The notes under the pieces are model-generated. The model was given only the letters and a program-made list of their open reading frames with translations, was not told the DNA's origin and made no database searches. A stretch of DNA of 63,827 bases, the filler included, from Nemertoderma westbladi (Eukaryota > Animalia > Xenacoelomorpha), in the NCBI GenBank assembly GCA_032718475.1. It is 4 parts of 4 records of this genome, joined end to end, with 100 filler letters (N's around TTAATTAATTAA, not from the genome) between each part and the next. Parts side by side here need not be neighbours in the genome. Positions count along the whole stretch, not along the records: positions 1 to 22,367 come from JAUCBJ010003519.1; 3 more parts are not named here. One strand, given 5' to 3'. Shown piece by piece: positions 1 to 10,370 of this stretch; position 1 is the stretch's first letter; every line of letters starts with the position of its first letter. A program made the translations under genes and the position numbers.

Positions 1-1739
1 AACCAGAAATTATTGCTCTAATAGAGTGCAAAATCTCGAATATTGGAACACAATTTTTAAAAAAAATGCAATTTTTTCACACCGGTTTTTAATGAGAAAA
101 CACAATAAAATCATAAAATTTAATTTGATTTGAATAAAACCGTTATATTCCAAAGGCTCCGTACGATCAAAACTCGCGAATTTTAGCCAAAAATAAGGTG
201 CTGCCTAATTTTAAAAAATGGACTTTAGTTGTTTTTTAAAATTTCAAGTAATATGATAAACATTTGTAGAACAATTAGGGGGGGGGGGGGGGGGTCCGTG
301 TCAGTAAAAATGACACTATAGTACAGGTCGTCACGGTGTAATGTATGCCTATATTTATTGTGGGCCATGAAACTTTAAACTGTGCGCGCGCGTTCGTTTA
401 TAGAGATACTGTATAAATTAACCGAGATGGGACATCAGCACCCCAACCCCCCCCCCCCCCCCCCCCCCCCCCCGTGTATCAACACAGTAACATCATAATA
501 CTGTATAATAGCTAATAATATCCATGTTCTTAAACAGTTGGTGTTTCGTAACAACCATAAGCTATCCCAAGCGACCAGTTTCATTATAATACAGTAGGTC
601 TAGTTACTTACGGATTCCAACACAGTCATTTAGAAATCGGCCCTAGTATACAGTAATTATAACCTCTCGCTGGTGGCTCGTAGTTCTGACTCGTCCCATA
701 TAAATCAGGCAGAAATTAAGAGTTATAGTGCTAACACATACAGGAAAATAACCCTATATATACAAAAGACATACAGTAGGTAGATACAACATTAATGTCC
801 AGATAGTTACAGTATAAAATGTCAATTATATTAGTTTACAGTAAAAGGAATGTCCAATTATTGATATTGATTAACAAAATGGGGCCAAAATACTGTTGGC
901 CTACAATCCACAGTATTCTTAATAATAGGCAGACAGACACCTACTGTACAACATTTATACCGTTGTTGTAAGTATGTATTCCGGTATGGTACCGATATGG
1001 CTTTATTCTGTAGGATTATCTTCACATGGGAATAAAAGGCGTTATCTCAGTTTTCAAATTTATGCAATTTCTAAGAAAGAACCTTTGTAATTATTCGTTA
1101 AAATTGGAATCCATCAAATTCAAACTTCAATCATAGTTTTTTTGCTATTTCTGTATTTTATATGCTATCACATGAAGTAAATAATTACAATTTTTCAAAA
1201 AATTGAGATAGACCCATCTTATTTCGACATGACATTATAACGCTCGCCGTTAAACCAAATATTAATACGGCCCACCACTAATGTATTTTACTGAAGCCGG
1301 CCTACCCTATTGTATGTGCCCTAATGTATCGTATTTATTTGCTATGTTAAGAAGCCTCACACAATTTGTCGCACATCATTAATAAAAGTATAGTAAGGTT
1401 TTGCGTATTGCGCTATTGGATATATTATACAATATTGTCTATGTTAGCAGTACTATATCTCAGAGGTTAATTAATTTAGCTCTGTAAAAATTTCCACTGA
1501 AAAAACCCCAATTATCTTTATTATATAAAATTGTTTAAATTTTCTATATAAAATCAATATTTAATTGAATTACGTTGTAAATATTACAACAAATTTATGT
1601 TCCTATAGCACACTTGCCCTCACATTCAATTCCCCCGTATATGTACTTGAGACTACTAACACCGCTTTGATACTATGATGTACTGTGGAGACTGGAGTCT
1701 CGCCTACAGTAGCACAGTAACTCAATTTAAACAAACGGA

Positions 1740-2110
1740 ATCTGGTCCCTACCAACCGAACCGCGTCCCAACCAACAATCTCTACCAACCGGACCGCGTC
1801 CTTACCAACGGAATGGGGCTCCTACCAACCAAACAGCGTCCCTACCAACAGTCCTTACCAACCGAACCGCGTCCCTACCAACGGAATCGGGTCCCTACCA
1901 ACAGTTCCTCGTTCCTACCAACTGAACTGAACAGTCGCTACGAACCGGACCGTGTCCCTACCAACGGAATCGGGTCCCTACCACCCAAACAGCGTCCCTA
2001 CCAACCAAACAGCGTCCCTACCAACGGAATCGGGTCCCTACCAACCAAACAGCGCCCCTACCAACAGTCCTTACCAACTGAACCGCGTCCCTACCAACAG
2101 TTCCTCGTCC
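1740..2110. repeat. Degenerate tandem minisatellite (core GTCCCTACCAAC, units about 16-21 bp) immediately 3' of the Rab3 stop
   Basis: Repeated cgtccctaccaac, ggaatcgggtccctacc and aaacagcgtcccta units. Confidence 0.9.
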
Positions 2111-2410
2111 CTAACAACCGCACTTGCTTTCGCCCCTCTCGGTTTCCAGTTCCTCAGCTATCCGTCGCCTATTCGGTCGGAGTCCATCACTTCCGTCCGA
2201 CGTGCCTCCGTATCCGTCGGCTCTCAACGACTCGCTCATCTGCTGGAATATCCGATCGACGATACAATCGAATACCTCCCGCACGTTGTCGTCGTCTTTG
2301 GCGGATGACTCGAAGAAATCGACGCCAAGTTCATCAGCGATCCGTTGTCCGCGGTCTCGGTGAACTAACCTGTCCTCATCCAGATCAGATTTATTGCCAA
2401 CTAGAATTAC
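2111..2410 (-). CDS. RAB3: Rab3 GTPase, last coding exon (99 codons plus stop)
   Basis: Absent from the ORF track; read by hand as ttttcctcag|VILVGNKSDLDEDRLVHRDRGQRIADELGVDFFESSAKDDDNVREVF...ESKCGC*; G4 NKxD, G5 SAK and a C-terminal CXC prenylation motif. Confidence 0.95.
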   Translation of the reverse strand, partial: VILVGNKSDLDEDRLVHRDRGQRIADELGVDFFESSAKDDDNVREVFDCIVDRIFQQMSESLRADGYGGTSDGSDGLRPNRRRIAEELETERGESKCGC

Positions 2411-3367
2411 CTGAGGAAAACATTGAAGGCAATTAATATTTATAATACCGGTATATCAAATGGCAGTGTGGCATTCAAAAGTTGTATGAATCTCATACCA
2501 ACTATTAAGATTATAAAATATCAGCTGAAAAGTTGGTTTCTTTTTTATTACACTAGAACACGAACTCTTTTTTTTGTAATCGCATATGTTTTTATATTCA
2601 ATTCAAACCCTTTGATATTAACGGCGCTTCACACAGTTGTTGTAGGCTATAAGGTAGCAGCAGCCATAGCCACCATACTGTAAGCAGATCTACTGTATTC
2701 ATCGTCCACGCAATAACCGATAAAGAAGGAATAATTACGTCGAGCGTGAAATTAAAATGCATGGAAAAACCTATGTCATTAAGTCGTGCCCAGACAGACG
2801 TCGTATATTAATTACGGCACAACAGTAGTGTAAGAAAGGCAACCATTAGCTTTAATACATTATTCACACTGTTACTGTACGGTACGTAGGGTTAGGGTAA
2901 CAATATGTACACTGTACGTACAGGCTACCAATGTTATTTATTATTCATCAGCATGAGCTTCACCTTCCCTACTACAGATTTCAAATATCAATGGCGATAC
3001 TTTTCGAACTGATTACTCAGGAGGCAACCCGAAGGCCTTATGGCTGTTACCAGGGATGGTGCCACACTAACTCCCAAAACCCAAAGTTGACCACTCCATA
3101 ACTATACAACTCTCAGCTGTATCCACTCGGTCACTTCGAAATCACGCAGGCTTTGAAACGACACCCCCAATAGAAAATACAACCGGTACAGTAGGCCTAC
3201 AGTATACGGGTGAATGACTGTTTAATTTACTCGGCGATGTGCTGTATGATTGGCGACGTGAAAGTTGAATTAGATTTCCACCCCGAACTAGTTCTTAGAA
3301 CTGCTATCCTGGTGTAGTAGTGTGAATGCTGTAGTAGCTGATGTTAGTAAGTACTTTAGTACTTTAC

Positions 3368-3640
3368 CTAAATCGCCTCCGCTTTGCAGGACATTGCTTT
3401 CGCCGTGAGGACCAGCCAGTGCATAATCTTGTACTTTGGCAGCCTCATGGTGTGAATAAGCATGGTGGACAGCCCATGACTTTCTTGAGACGCATCTTAA
3501 AGGACACTGGCCTTGAAGATGCGGATGATCTAGCAAATGTCATGGGTGATAGGGAGTTGTGGCGGTGCAATTTTGTCGATAAGCCGGCACAGCATTCTTA
3601 AAAATGCAGCTGCAATGCAGCATGCCGATCCTAGTAGTAG
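3368..3640 (+). mobile_element. 5'-truncated RTE-clade LINE 3' end in Rab3 intron 2
   Basis: Near-identical to the 3' end of the element at 50494-52378 (NRLRFAGHCFR...RELWR); (TAG)n tail; direct repeat TAGTACTTTAC at 3357-3367 and 3638-3648 as TSD. Confidence 0.9.
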
Positions 3641-4677
3641 TACTTTACGCGGTGACTGCTTCACATACACCATGTACTGGATACAGTATATTGTAGTGTC
3701 GTAATTCAGTGGCTTGCTAGGCCCAGTCTTTTTTGACTACATTTTTTGAAATGTAGGTAAAAAATTACTTTAAAAGAAAGTATTTTTTCATTAATTTTGA
3801 ATTTTTTTTAATTTGTCACCACACAGCTCTAAAGGCTACATATCTCCGCCAATATTCCACCTATTTAGTTTGGAATTACAGTACTGTATTATGTTAATAA
3901 GACTACTGGATCCAATTCTTCTGAACACTTTCCAGAATAATTGGATTAGGGCCAAATTAGACTAAGTGACAAATTTTTAGATTTGGATTCTAGGATATTT
4001 TTGACGCCTTTTTTTTTTAAACAAAACGACCTCTGTCCATTATGAATACATTTTGAAATTATGTATGATTATTTCAATGTAGAATTTCCAGTCCATTTCA
4101 GTAAAAATGGACGAATATAAAAATACTTTTCGCTGGAAACAACTTAAGGCAAATTAGGCAATGACATCCAGGTGGGATCGAACTGGTGACCTCCACGATA
4201 AAAGCAAGACTAATCTTGTGTAGGTTTTTCCAGTTGGGTCACGTACTGTTTGGTTTGCCACACGCTGTTAGGGTTTACTGTCATTGACCCCAACTCTTAC
4301 CAGCCCATATATATGTACAATAGGATCAAAACGTAACTGTTTGAACAACCAGTAGCTCCGACCAATCAGTGGCGAGCTACGCCCAATCAGTATCTAGACG
4401 TTCTGATCCTGATGTGCATTAAATCTATGGGTGTCCAAGAATATGTTTGCCACTTTTAGTAACTTCTTTTAACTTCTAGTAACTTTTTTTTAGTAACTTT
4501 TTTACCCTCTGTCACCGGAAGCCCCTGACTTTGGCAAAAACAAAAGTTTTTATATTTTAGCGGCATTATTAACTAAAAATTTCTGAACCTTCCTTGCTTT
4601 ACTATACTACACTGTACACTATACTATACTAGTACAATCAAACTTCAAAATCTCAAGTTGTTTTATCGTCTACCTAA

Positions 4678-4935
4678 TAAAATAATCATAATAATATTGG
4701 TTATTTATATAGCGCTTCTACGCTCAGCATACTCAAAGCGCTTTTATTATCATTACCCCAGCAAAGCCAGGTTCCCATTATACCGCTGGGTTGACGTAGG
4801 CACTAATGTCTAAAGTGTCTTGCCTAGGGACACAACAGTGCGAAATTTCTACAGCCTTTAGTCGGATTCGAACCTGCGCCACCAAACACTATTGTGTAAG
4901 CAGTTCAGGCGCCGTATCCACTCGGACACTGCGAC
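4678..4935 (-). mobile_element. tRNA-derived SINE with CORE-like centre and L2-type tail
   Basis: Minus strand carries A-box AGTGTCCGAGTGG, B-box GGTTCGAATCC, GTGTCCCTAGGCAAGACACTT and a 3' end AGCGCTATATAAAT...(TTA)n matching the L2 tail at 19797-19831. Confidence 0.75.
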
Positions 4936-5522
4936 ATATAACGATACAGTACATATAGTACTAGTTACATATAGTACCTATGACCTATCATAGTTCCCTT
5001 CATCCCTTAACGGGAGGTATCGTAAGCCGCCACCCGACGTACCGCGTGTAACTCTCAGTGTCAGTACAAAAGTAAAGCATTTCCATTACAGTTACTGTAC
5101 ATAACAATGGCCACCCTGTCGCAGTAATATTATACTCTAGGAAAACGATTAATACTAAAAAAAATCGACCCACTTTATGCCTGTTATTTAGCCCCCTGAA
5201 AATTCAAGGAAAGGGGGGGGGGGTTGGTTAGGGGTGGGGCACGCCCCCCCCCCCCCCCCCCCCCCCCCGGTATGCCCACAGCATAGTAGAATGTATGAAA
5301 AATAAAATTCCCAAATGGCGTTACTGACTCATTGAAGTAACTGCATCTTTGTGCAACTAAGAGCATCTTTCGCATAAATTAGTAAACCTCTGACAGCTTC
5401 GAGGAAGTTGTGAGAACGGTAAGAATTAGTGCAGAATTCAGAATACCTAAGTACCTACTGTACTGCTACCACTGTAGGTCGTCCCTAGAGGAATACTTCG
5501 AGTGAAGTGAAGGTCAACCTAC

Positions 5523-5687
5523 CTGTGTATTTTCCCAGGAGTAGGTTTTGATTTGTGTTACCCAATCGTGAACTGAGTTGAAAGATTCTTCATTCGTGAC
5601 GTCATACATTAATATGAAGCCCATGGCTCCTCTGTAGTAAGCCGTTGTTATTGTCCGATATCTCTCCTGACCAGCGGTGTCCCATAT
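5523..5687 (-). CDS. RAB3: Rab3 GTPase, coding exon 2 (55 codons)
   Basis: ttttgcag|[55 protein letters not shown]|gtaggt; G3 motif plus the Rab3-typical [11 protein letters not shown] and QIKTYSW; phase 0/0. Confidence 0.97.
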
Positions 5688-5872
5688 CTGCAAAACAACA
5701 TTGTTTGTTTCAACGTGAGAAACGATGGAATAATAAAAATAACATCTCACTCTTTATCAACAAATACAAGGTTTATTATCGTTCGACTCACAGTATGATC
5801 ATGATGACCACAGTAAATGGGAGTTACAGTAGTAGACACACGTCTTAGTCGATAGCATACATTTAGTATTAC

Positions 5873-7087
5873 CAGGGCCGGATTTAGAGTGGTCGGTGGC
5901 CAGGGGCCGGGTCAGTGGTAGGGACGCATGGGTTATAGACTATCTAGAGCCTAGACACAGCCCAGGTAGGCACTTCTCACAAACTATACTATACCGAAAG
6001 ACACATTTTCTCTCGTTTTCATTACCCTAACTTTTCAATGTATTTATTGGAAATACCTTTCAATGGAACCTGAATGTGTAGATGTAAATATATTGGTAGG
6101 GAGAATCAGGAAATGTTTGGAAATTTCCAAAAATTTCCTATTCACTTTTCCGGAAATTTCCTATAGATCATGGTCAAATAAAGTTGGACATTTGAGAAGT
6201 AGGCCTACCGAAAAATCCACTTTTTTGTTTAAACCTCTATAGAAAGAACAATTTTGCATTTTATGACCTGCAATTTTCACGGTTTACTTAGAAAATTTTA
6301 TTTTACCAATTTCCAAAATAAATTTTTGAAAAATGTGGTGTATGTAGAAGTGGCTCATTATGTAATGTTAGCTCCAACCACTTAATCGTCTCCCAGGCTG
6401 TGTCACTCTCTGGGAGGGAAATAAAACTCCTGCATTTGGACACATTAAATACCGTTCATTCTCGTAGCACATAAATGTGGATCCACTTTTAAATGAAAAT
6501 GGGACGTATTTGTGGCTTTCTTTTTGATATAAAAAAAATATATAAAACCAAACTGGTATTCTTTATAAAGAATAAAAAATAAAAATAGTAAGTCTAAGTG
6601 CGCCAAAACATTGTCAAAATTGTTTTTTAACATATTACAAAATTTTCCGGAAATTTTCTATTTTATTAAATAATTTATAAATTATTCTGAGAACATAAAA
6701 TATGTAGGGCCTATAGTAAAACACAAGTAGAGTAGAGTAGATAGAGGGATTCCTACTTAGATGTGTTTAGGTGGATGTTCCTGTTTATATAAGTTTAAAA
6801 ACATCTGATCCAAAAATGCAAGAATCGAAAGTGTCAAAAATATAATTTCATATAAGCTACAAAAATATTTAGGCCCACTGTTTTTCACACTAACTTTTTG
6901 TTTTTAATATATTTTGTCAATAATAAATGGTAAAATTCAAAATATTCATCTCCGGATTCAGTTCGGTTCCGGTTCGGCTCCTCTATAGTTCGGTCGATCC
7001 CTTTTGTTGTGGGATCGTGGTGGGGGGCCTGGGGCCTCGGCCCTGCGCCCCACCCCCCCCCCCCCCCCCCCCCTAAATACGGCCCTG
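5873..7087. mobile_element. hAT-like non-autonomous DNA transposon
   Basis: TIRs CAGGGCCGGATTTAG / CTAAATACGGCCCTG; flanks AGTATTAC / ATATTAAC are only an imperfect 8-bp TSD. Confidence 0.55.
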
Positions 7088-7802
7088 ATATTAACACTCA
7101 CATGTTTTTTCCCAATATATTTATTTCTTAATATTTGAATGGCCGCGGTAGTTTCTAAATATATGATTGGTTAAATTTGTTTTTCTCCTCAATGTATTTA
7201 TTTTCTTAATGTTATTTTTACAATGTTTTTATCGTGTCATAATATAAATATACCGTGTAATAGGCCTATGTATATAGTATGTAGGCCTACCATGATTGAG
7301 GAGCAGAGGTTCTCAAATAAAATAATATAATTATTTATAAAGTTGAGATAACTCCATCAATTTCCTGTTGCTGTAGATATGAACTCCAACCCTAGGCCTA
7401 CAGTTGTAATCCATTCCGGATACGAATGGGTGTTTATCATACTAGGCACTCTTGTTAGAAAACATAGAACAAAATATCTTCAACAGAGCAGAATCATTGA
7501 CATCTTATAAGCTTTACATATTATACGCCCTTCGTGGAGAGGAAATAGGCCTTCTTAACATCCTTCCCAAATGAAATTGGATTCGCATTGGAAAATAATG
7601 CAAAGTAAATTATAATTAAGGTAAGTTTTAAATTATTCAGTTTCATTATCGTATTTCCACGAGGATGTTACTGTAATACCGTAATACTAGTAAAGCTGAT
7701 TTTACCTATGGGTACACACACGACACGGTAAACCCAAGAAACTGGATCATATTACAAAATTTAATTAAAATACTGAGAAATTATACTTCTTAGAGCACAG
7801 TG

Positions 7803-8073
7803 GAGACAGGGGGGGGGGGGGGGGGGGAAACTCGACGCAAAACCCATCTTGACGAATTAATATCCCGCCTCAATGTTAAATTCTCAATTTAGGGAAAGGA
7901 GCAGGTTACAGTGGCACGATATTTTAACCAAAACAATAAACTAAACACAATAGAACAGGTTACAGTTTTATTTTTTAGAGTAATCAGCTGTTATTTGCGT
8001 CCAAGTTCCCCTGGAGAGTGATGAATTTTTATTGCGTCCAGTCCCCCCCCCCCCCCCCCCCCCCCCCCTATCT
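7803..8073. mobile_element. Short MULE-like MITE with poly-G/poly-C ends
   Basis: GAGACAG(G)n...(C)nTATCT flanked by the 9-bp duplication AGCACAGTG; related copy starts near 40750 and is cut by the gap. Confidence 0.65.
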
Positions 8074-8884
8074 AGCACAGTGACAGTACCCCCCATACAA
8101 AGCAATATCTTAAATTTATTTAAACTACATTATTACGAGTGTGTAGGGACGGTTGAGGGGTGGTCGTACCATCTGATGCCGAAATTATGTTTGATTATTC
8201 TTATTTAGTCTTATTATATTGATGTAGCAATTATATGTCCGGCAAGTATGATAAAGATAAAAAAAAAATAATAACATTACTTTTCTGGAAGGTATACTGT
8301 AGGTATGTTGACAATCTCTGATATCTGGTGTCATGGATACGAAGTTCGGCAAACAGAAAGCACAGTCTACCATGAACCAGCTGTACCCCGAAGAGGACCT
8401 AAACTAGAAATGAGACCAATTTTCGAGCAGCATTCTAACCTGTATGCGACTTGAGGATGTTTCATATCCAGTCTCGCAGTCTCGGGGCTGTAGCCCTAAG
8501 GATCAACCACAAACCTTAGCTGCAAGGCAACCCACTGTAGACTTGGTAAAGACATACATAGTGGCTATCCAGTGATTAAGTTTTGTTCGCCGTCTGCTTA
8601 AGAACATCGAACATATACTGTACTGTAGACGAACTTGAAAACATAGACGAACCTTAAAGGTTCCGGGGAAACCGTTGACTCGTGTACCAAATCAGGTCCC
8701 AATGACTGCTTTCAGACGAAACGTTACGACACGACACGTGTTTCCGGACACGAGTTTTGGGACCCAAGATCTGGTACTAGTTGACTGGACACGAATTGTC
8801 GAGTTCTCCGAGTGATTTGGGTTCGGGCCGTCTTACGTATTGCGGCATAATCTAATAATATGATGTAAATAAATGTCCACCCAC

Positions 8885-9100
8885 CTGTAATTTGACTCTT
8901 TTATTCTGCCGCAACACCGTTTTTACTTTGAAATCGATGCCCACGGTGCTAACGAATGTGGAAGAGAATGAGTTATCGGCGTAACGGAAAAGGAAACAGG
9001 TTTTACCGACGCAGGAGTTTCCGATAATCAGAAGTTTAAACATATAATCGAAGTTCTGATCATTTACGTCGTGTTGCGTGCTGTTGTGGTGTTGGGACAT
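8885..9100 (-). CDS. RAB3: Rab3 GTPase, coding exon 1 (72 codons)
   Basis: Translates MSQHH...[29 protein letters not shown]...[12 protein letters not shown]...KLQ (Rab3 N-terminal motif, G1, switch I); ends CAG|gtgggt, phase 0. Confidence 0.95.
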
Positions 9101-9203
9101 TATTGCGCTACGGTGTCAGTTACTAATGGTGACCCGGTTAAAAGCGTTGCTGATTGGGTCGAACAATGTAGTGTTACGGTGCTGATTGGTGTGGTGCTAC
9201 GAT

Positions 9204-9214
9204 GGGCGGAAGTG
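9204..9214. promoter_or_regulatory. Overlapping GC-box/ETS-like motif GGGCGGAAGTG, about 100 bp upstream of the Rab3 ATG
   Basis: Motif match only; lies among isolated CCAAT boxes (9151, 9183) at the edge of the array. Confidence 0.3.
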
Positions 9215-9220
9215 TGTCAC

Positions 9221-9925
9221 TGATTGGTGGTGGTGTGGTGTTGATTGGTTGGGGTGTGGTGTTATGATTGGTTGAGGTGTGGTGTTGATTGGTTGAGGTG
9301 TGGTATTTATTGGTTGCGGTGTGGTGTTGATTGGTTGAGTTGAGGTGTGGTGTTGATTGGTTAAGGTGTGGTGTTATGATTGGTTGAGGTGTGGTGTTGA
9401 TTGGTTGAGGTGTGGTGTTATGATTGGTTGAGGTGTGGTGTTGATTGGTTGAGGTGTGGTATTTATTGGTTGCGGTGTGGTGTTGATTGGTTGAGGTGTG
9501 GTGTTGATTGGTTAAGGTGTGGTGTTGATTGGTTGAGGTGTGGTGTTGATTGGTTGATGTGTGGTGTTGATTGGTTGAGGTGTGGTGTGGTGTTGATTGG
9601 TTGAGGTGTGGTGTGGTGTTGATTGGTTGATGTGTGGTGTTGATTGGTTGAGGTGTGGTGTGGTGTTGATTGGTTGAGGTGTGGTGTTGATTGGTTGAGG
9701 TGTGGTGTTGATTGGTTGATGTGTGGTGTTGATTGGTTGAGGTGTGGTGTTGATTGGTTGAGGTGTGGTGTTGATTGGTTGAGGTGTGATGTTGATTGGT
9801 TGAGGTGTGGTGTTGATTGGTTGAGGTGTGGTGTTGATTGGTTAAGGTGTGGTTTTTATTGGTGAAGATTTGGTGTTGATTGGTGGTGGTGTGGTATTGA
9901 TTGGTGGAGGTGGGGTGCTGATGGG
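9221..9925. repeat. 21-bp tandem array (GTGTGGTGTTGATTGGTTGAG)n upstream of Rab3
   Basis: About 30 near-identical units; reads CTCAACCAATCAACACCACAC on the Rab3 strand. Confidence 0.95.
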
Positions 9926-10119
9926 TGATAATTAGCCCGGTGCTGAGGAATAACTAATCTCAACGTTCTAAGCAAAGCAACATCATGGATCCCAATTTAC
10001 TATTGTAGTCTATTATAAACTCTAGTTAACTAACTAAATGTCAGCAATTAAATTTTTAACTAAAAACTAAATTAATATAATCCCAAAATATGTTCAATAA
10101 GAATGTTTACTTTACCACA

Positions 10120-10370
10120 GGCAAAAAAGCAAACAGTCGGCCGAGGCCGGAGGCGACCCGAAGGCTCCTCTTTCGATAGCTGCTACACGAGAGGGTAGGG
10201 GTGGGCGCCACTCTTATCCCAAGATTTGCTCCGAGAAATTTAACTGACGGTACTCATTTTATCGACCCCAGTGGATGAAAGGCTGAGTGGACCCTGGCGG
10301 GGCTGAACCTACAACTAGTAGATTGCACTCCCGGAGCCCGGAGCCCGGAGCTCAACCAACTGAGTAACTA
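10120..10370 (-). mobile_element. Degenerate tRNA-derived SINE
   Basis: Minus-strand head CTCAGTTGGTTGAGC...GGTTCAGCCC, then central domain ACTCAGCCTTTCATCCACTGGGGTCGATAAAATGAGTACC and tail CCTTCGGGTCGCCTCC (related tail at about 3019). Confidence 0.6.

Noticed and set aside
1-350. Right end of a TIR element at the window start
   Set aside because: The partner end lies outside the window, so TIR and TSD cannot be confirmed
1675-2436. 253-aa plus-strand ORF
   Set aside because: It is the antisense of Rab3 exon 3 plus a stop-poor minisatellite and has no domain features
2887-2900. Telomere-like TTAGGG repeats (also at about 42306)
   Set aside because: Only about two units; not an interstitial telomere array
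4165-4205. tRNA gene (B-box-like GGGATCGAAC; similar at about 33560, 33945 and 35213)
   Set aside because: No complete cloverleaf; these are SINE- or TE-derived fragments
9401-9865. CGVDWLR-repeat ORFs
   Set aside because: Translation of the 21-bp tandem array
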